Assembly: GCF_963921235.1 (NCBI RefSeq)
Contig: NC_086108.1
Coordinates: 92,630,001-92,694,000, forward strand
Length of the DNA stretch: 64,000 nucleotides
Direction: 5' to 3'
Origin: Mobula hypostoma
Lineage: Eukaryota
The notes under the pieces are model-generated. The model ran no database searches. It worked only from the letters and a program-made list of their open reading frames with translations, and was not told the origin of the DNA. This document shows positions 61,250-64,000 of the stretch, piece by piece (within the stretch, counting starts at the first letter, position 1; each line of letters opens with the position of its first letter). The translations under genes were made by a program, and so were the position numbers.

Positions 61250-61522
61250 CTTGGAAGTAGGTACAAGGGGAATGTCAGAGGTAAGTCTTTTCCACAGAGA
61301 GTGGTAGGTGTGTGGAAAGCATTGCCAGCAACAGTGGTAGAGGGAGCTACAATAGGGTCTTTTAAGAGACTCTTAGATAGGTACATGGGGCTTAGAAAAA
61401 TAGAGGGCTATGCAGTAGGGTAATTCTATGTAGCTTCTGGAGTAGGTTACATAGTCGGCACAACATTGTGAGCCGAAGGGCTTGTAATGTGCTGTAGATT
61501 TCTATGATTCTATGATTCTATA
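61250..61522 (+). mobile_element. CR1 3' fragment
   Basis: Homologous to 57168-57430 and the reverse complement of 24-280; (ttctatga) tail. Confidence 0.82.
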
Positions 61523-61954
61523 TTTCTTGTGGTCATAGTTATAGAACCTGTCAGCACAGAAACAGGCCTTTCAGCCCATCTAGCATGTACTGAACTCTTA
61601 TTCTGACTAATCCCATCGACCTGCACCAGGACCATTCACCTCATTCTCCTGCTCTCCAGGAAATAAAGTCCTAACCTACCCAACCTTCCCCTATAACTCA
61701 CAAGTACGATCTCAAGCTCACCAAATGTCCCGACTGGCCCCGCTCGTTTTGCCAGTCTCCTGCTCACTCGCCACAAGCAATGGCTCACATGATCTCAAGG
61801 ACGCCAAACGTCCTGACTATACTCAAGCTCCTCTTAGCTGAAAGCCAATAAAATTTTCTTGAGCTAATCTAGCAGATGGAAATGGCAGGAAGTCTATAGG
61901 GTGTACAGGTGTACTTTATAAAGTGGCCAGTGAATCTATATCTGTCTTTCTCTA

Positions 61955-63240
61955 AAGTTCAAAGTTCAAAGTAAATTTATTATCAAAGTACATATATGGC
62001 ACCATATACAATCCTGAGATTCATTTTCTTGAGGGCGTACTCAATAAATCCAATAACCGTAACAGAAACCATGAAAGACCGCACCAACTGGAGGTCAACC
62101 AGTCAGTAGTATACAGCAAACTGTTCAAGAACAGAAAGAGAGAAGTAATAATAATCAATAAATATTGAGACCATGAGATGAAGAGTCCTTGTAAGTGGGT
62201 CCATAGGTTATGGGAACAGTTCAGTGAGGGGACAAGTGAAGTTGAGTTCAAGAGCCTGATAGCTGAGGGGTAGTAACTGTTCCTGTAACTGGTGGTGTGA
62301 GTCCTGAGGCTCCTATACTGTCTCTCTGACTGTAGCAGTGCAAAGGGAGCATGATCTGGGTGGTGGGGGTCCCTGATGGATGTCACGTTCCTGCGACGGC
62401 ACTCCGTGTAGATGTGCTCAGTGGTGGGGAGGACTGTATCTACTATTTCTTATAAGATTTGCCATTCAAGGTCATCAGTATTTCTATATCAGGCTGTGAC
62501 ACAGCCCGTCATTATACTGCACATCAGTAGAAGTTTTCCAAAGTCTTTGATGTCATGCAGAATCCTCACAAACTCTGGATGAAGTAGAGGCACTGTTGTG
62601 CTTTCTTCATAATTACATTTATGTGCTGGGCCCAGGACAGGTCCTCTGAATGATAACTCTGAGAAATTCAAAGTTGTGAACATCTTCACCTCTGATCCCC
62701 TGATGAGGACCAACTCACGGACCTCTGATTTCCTCCTCCTAAAGTTACTACTCAATCCCTCGGTCTTGCTGACATTGAGTGAGAGGTTGTTATTGTGGCA
62801 CAGCTCATCCAGATTTTCAGTCTCCCTCCTCTTTGCCAATTTGTCACCACCGTTGATTCAGCCTACATCAGTGGTGTTGTTAGCAAACTTGAATATAGCA
62901 TTGGACTGCTGTAACTATATGTTATAATTATGTGGTTCTGTCAGTGTTAGTCTTTGGTCTGTCCTGCTTTCTGTGATATCACTCCAGAGAAACATTGTAT
63001 CATTTCTTAATGTATGCATGCATTTCTAAATGACAATAAAAGAGGACTGAGTGTTCTCATAATCTAAACTGTGCTTAGCCACACAGTCATAATTGTAAAG
63101 CAAGTGGAGCAGGGGTCTAAGCTCACAGCCCTGTGGTGCACCTGTGCTGATGGAGATTGTGAAGGAGATGTTGTTGCCAATCTGAACTGACTGGGGTCGC
63201 AAGTGGGGAACTTGAGGATCCAATTGCACAAGGAGGTATA
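61955..63240 (-). mobile_element. Rex1/Babar-like LINE fragment (interrupted at ~62905-63065)
   Basis: ORFs 63026..63304 (ISTGAPQGC), 62489..62839 (CHNNNLSLNVSKT) and 62021..62386; aaagttcaaagttc tail. Confidence 0.8.
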
Positions 63241-64000
63241 ATGTCTTGTATTCAATGTCCAAACAAGTAAAATTAGAATGTTGATTAAAATAATTGCCTA
63301 TCATTTAGACTTGAACAAAAATGCTGCAAACATTTAACACATTTGAAATTTGTAATGAGAGGAAGAAAATTACTTTTTCGGCTGATAACCTTCCCTCTTT
63401 TATAACCATACAGCTTAAGCAGACCTCATTTTATAAATGATGTTAATGAAGGCAATGGCCTCTTTCCCTACTGCAGATTTTAAGTGTTCACACTCCTTCC
63501 TCTAGGTGATCATTACTTACTTTTTTCTTCAGCAGAGTGGAAAGGTTCAAAGATGGAATGCTGGATAGGTAGCATGTTCTTGTCCAGAAGACATTATTTT
63601 TACTTCATATCTTCGATTCACTTTTCCAGCTGGAGAGAAAATTTCTTTTCTCTCACATTTTCAGTTCTCTTCAACATTTTTAGAACTTGCATCATACGAA
63701 CTTGCATCAATTTTTCTTATTTTTCCATTGAGATTAAATTTTATTTCCAAAACCTTCTTTTATAGGTCTGTAATCATACTTTCCATTGCGTGATTTTGTT
63801 TAATGTAACTGTAGAACAATGGAGCCAAATTAGCATTGATCCAACGTCTATTGCATTTTCCTTATAATGGTAGATAAACCATTTAGAATTTTATTCAGTT
63901 GAACAATTAGGAACTTTGACAAATAAAATATTTTTTAATTAAGGTAGACTTCAACTTGTGGAGATGAGTTTTTTTTTAACAATATTTTATATTGAGCCCA

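Overview
Repeat-dominated vertebrate genomic DNA. The repeat mix (CR1 LINEs, Rex1/Babar-like LINEs, Penelope-like elements, V-SINE-like SINEs, Tc1 and Gypsy remnants) suggests a cartilaginous fish such as a ray or shark; this is inference only. The one host coding segment I recognise is the terminal coding exon of ALG14 (21190-21420, + strand), so 1-21189 is probably its last intron and the rest is 3' UTR or intergenic. The richest signal is a Neptune-type Penelope-like element (PLE) family (RT plus Cys-rich linker plus GIY-YIG). Its 3' pLTR carries a minimal hammerhead ribozyme motif. It occurs as inverted fold-back insertions from about 120 bp to 3.5 kb, with 11-16 bp target-site duplications (TSDs) and a repeated asymmetry: one arm has a ~32-34 nt tail and the other lacks it. 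Other notable items are a solo LTR flanked by a 298-bp duplication, a 194-bp candidate solo LTR, two ~60-bp MITEs and several nested insertions. Boundaries of degenerate repeats are approximate; TSD and ribozyme coordinates were read by eye.
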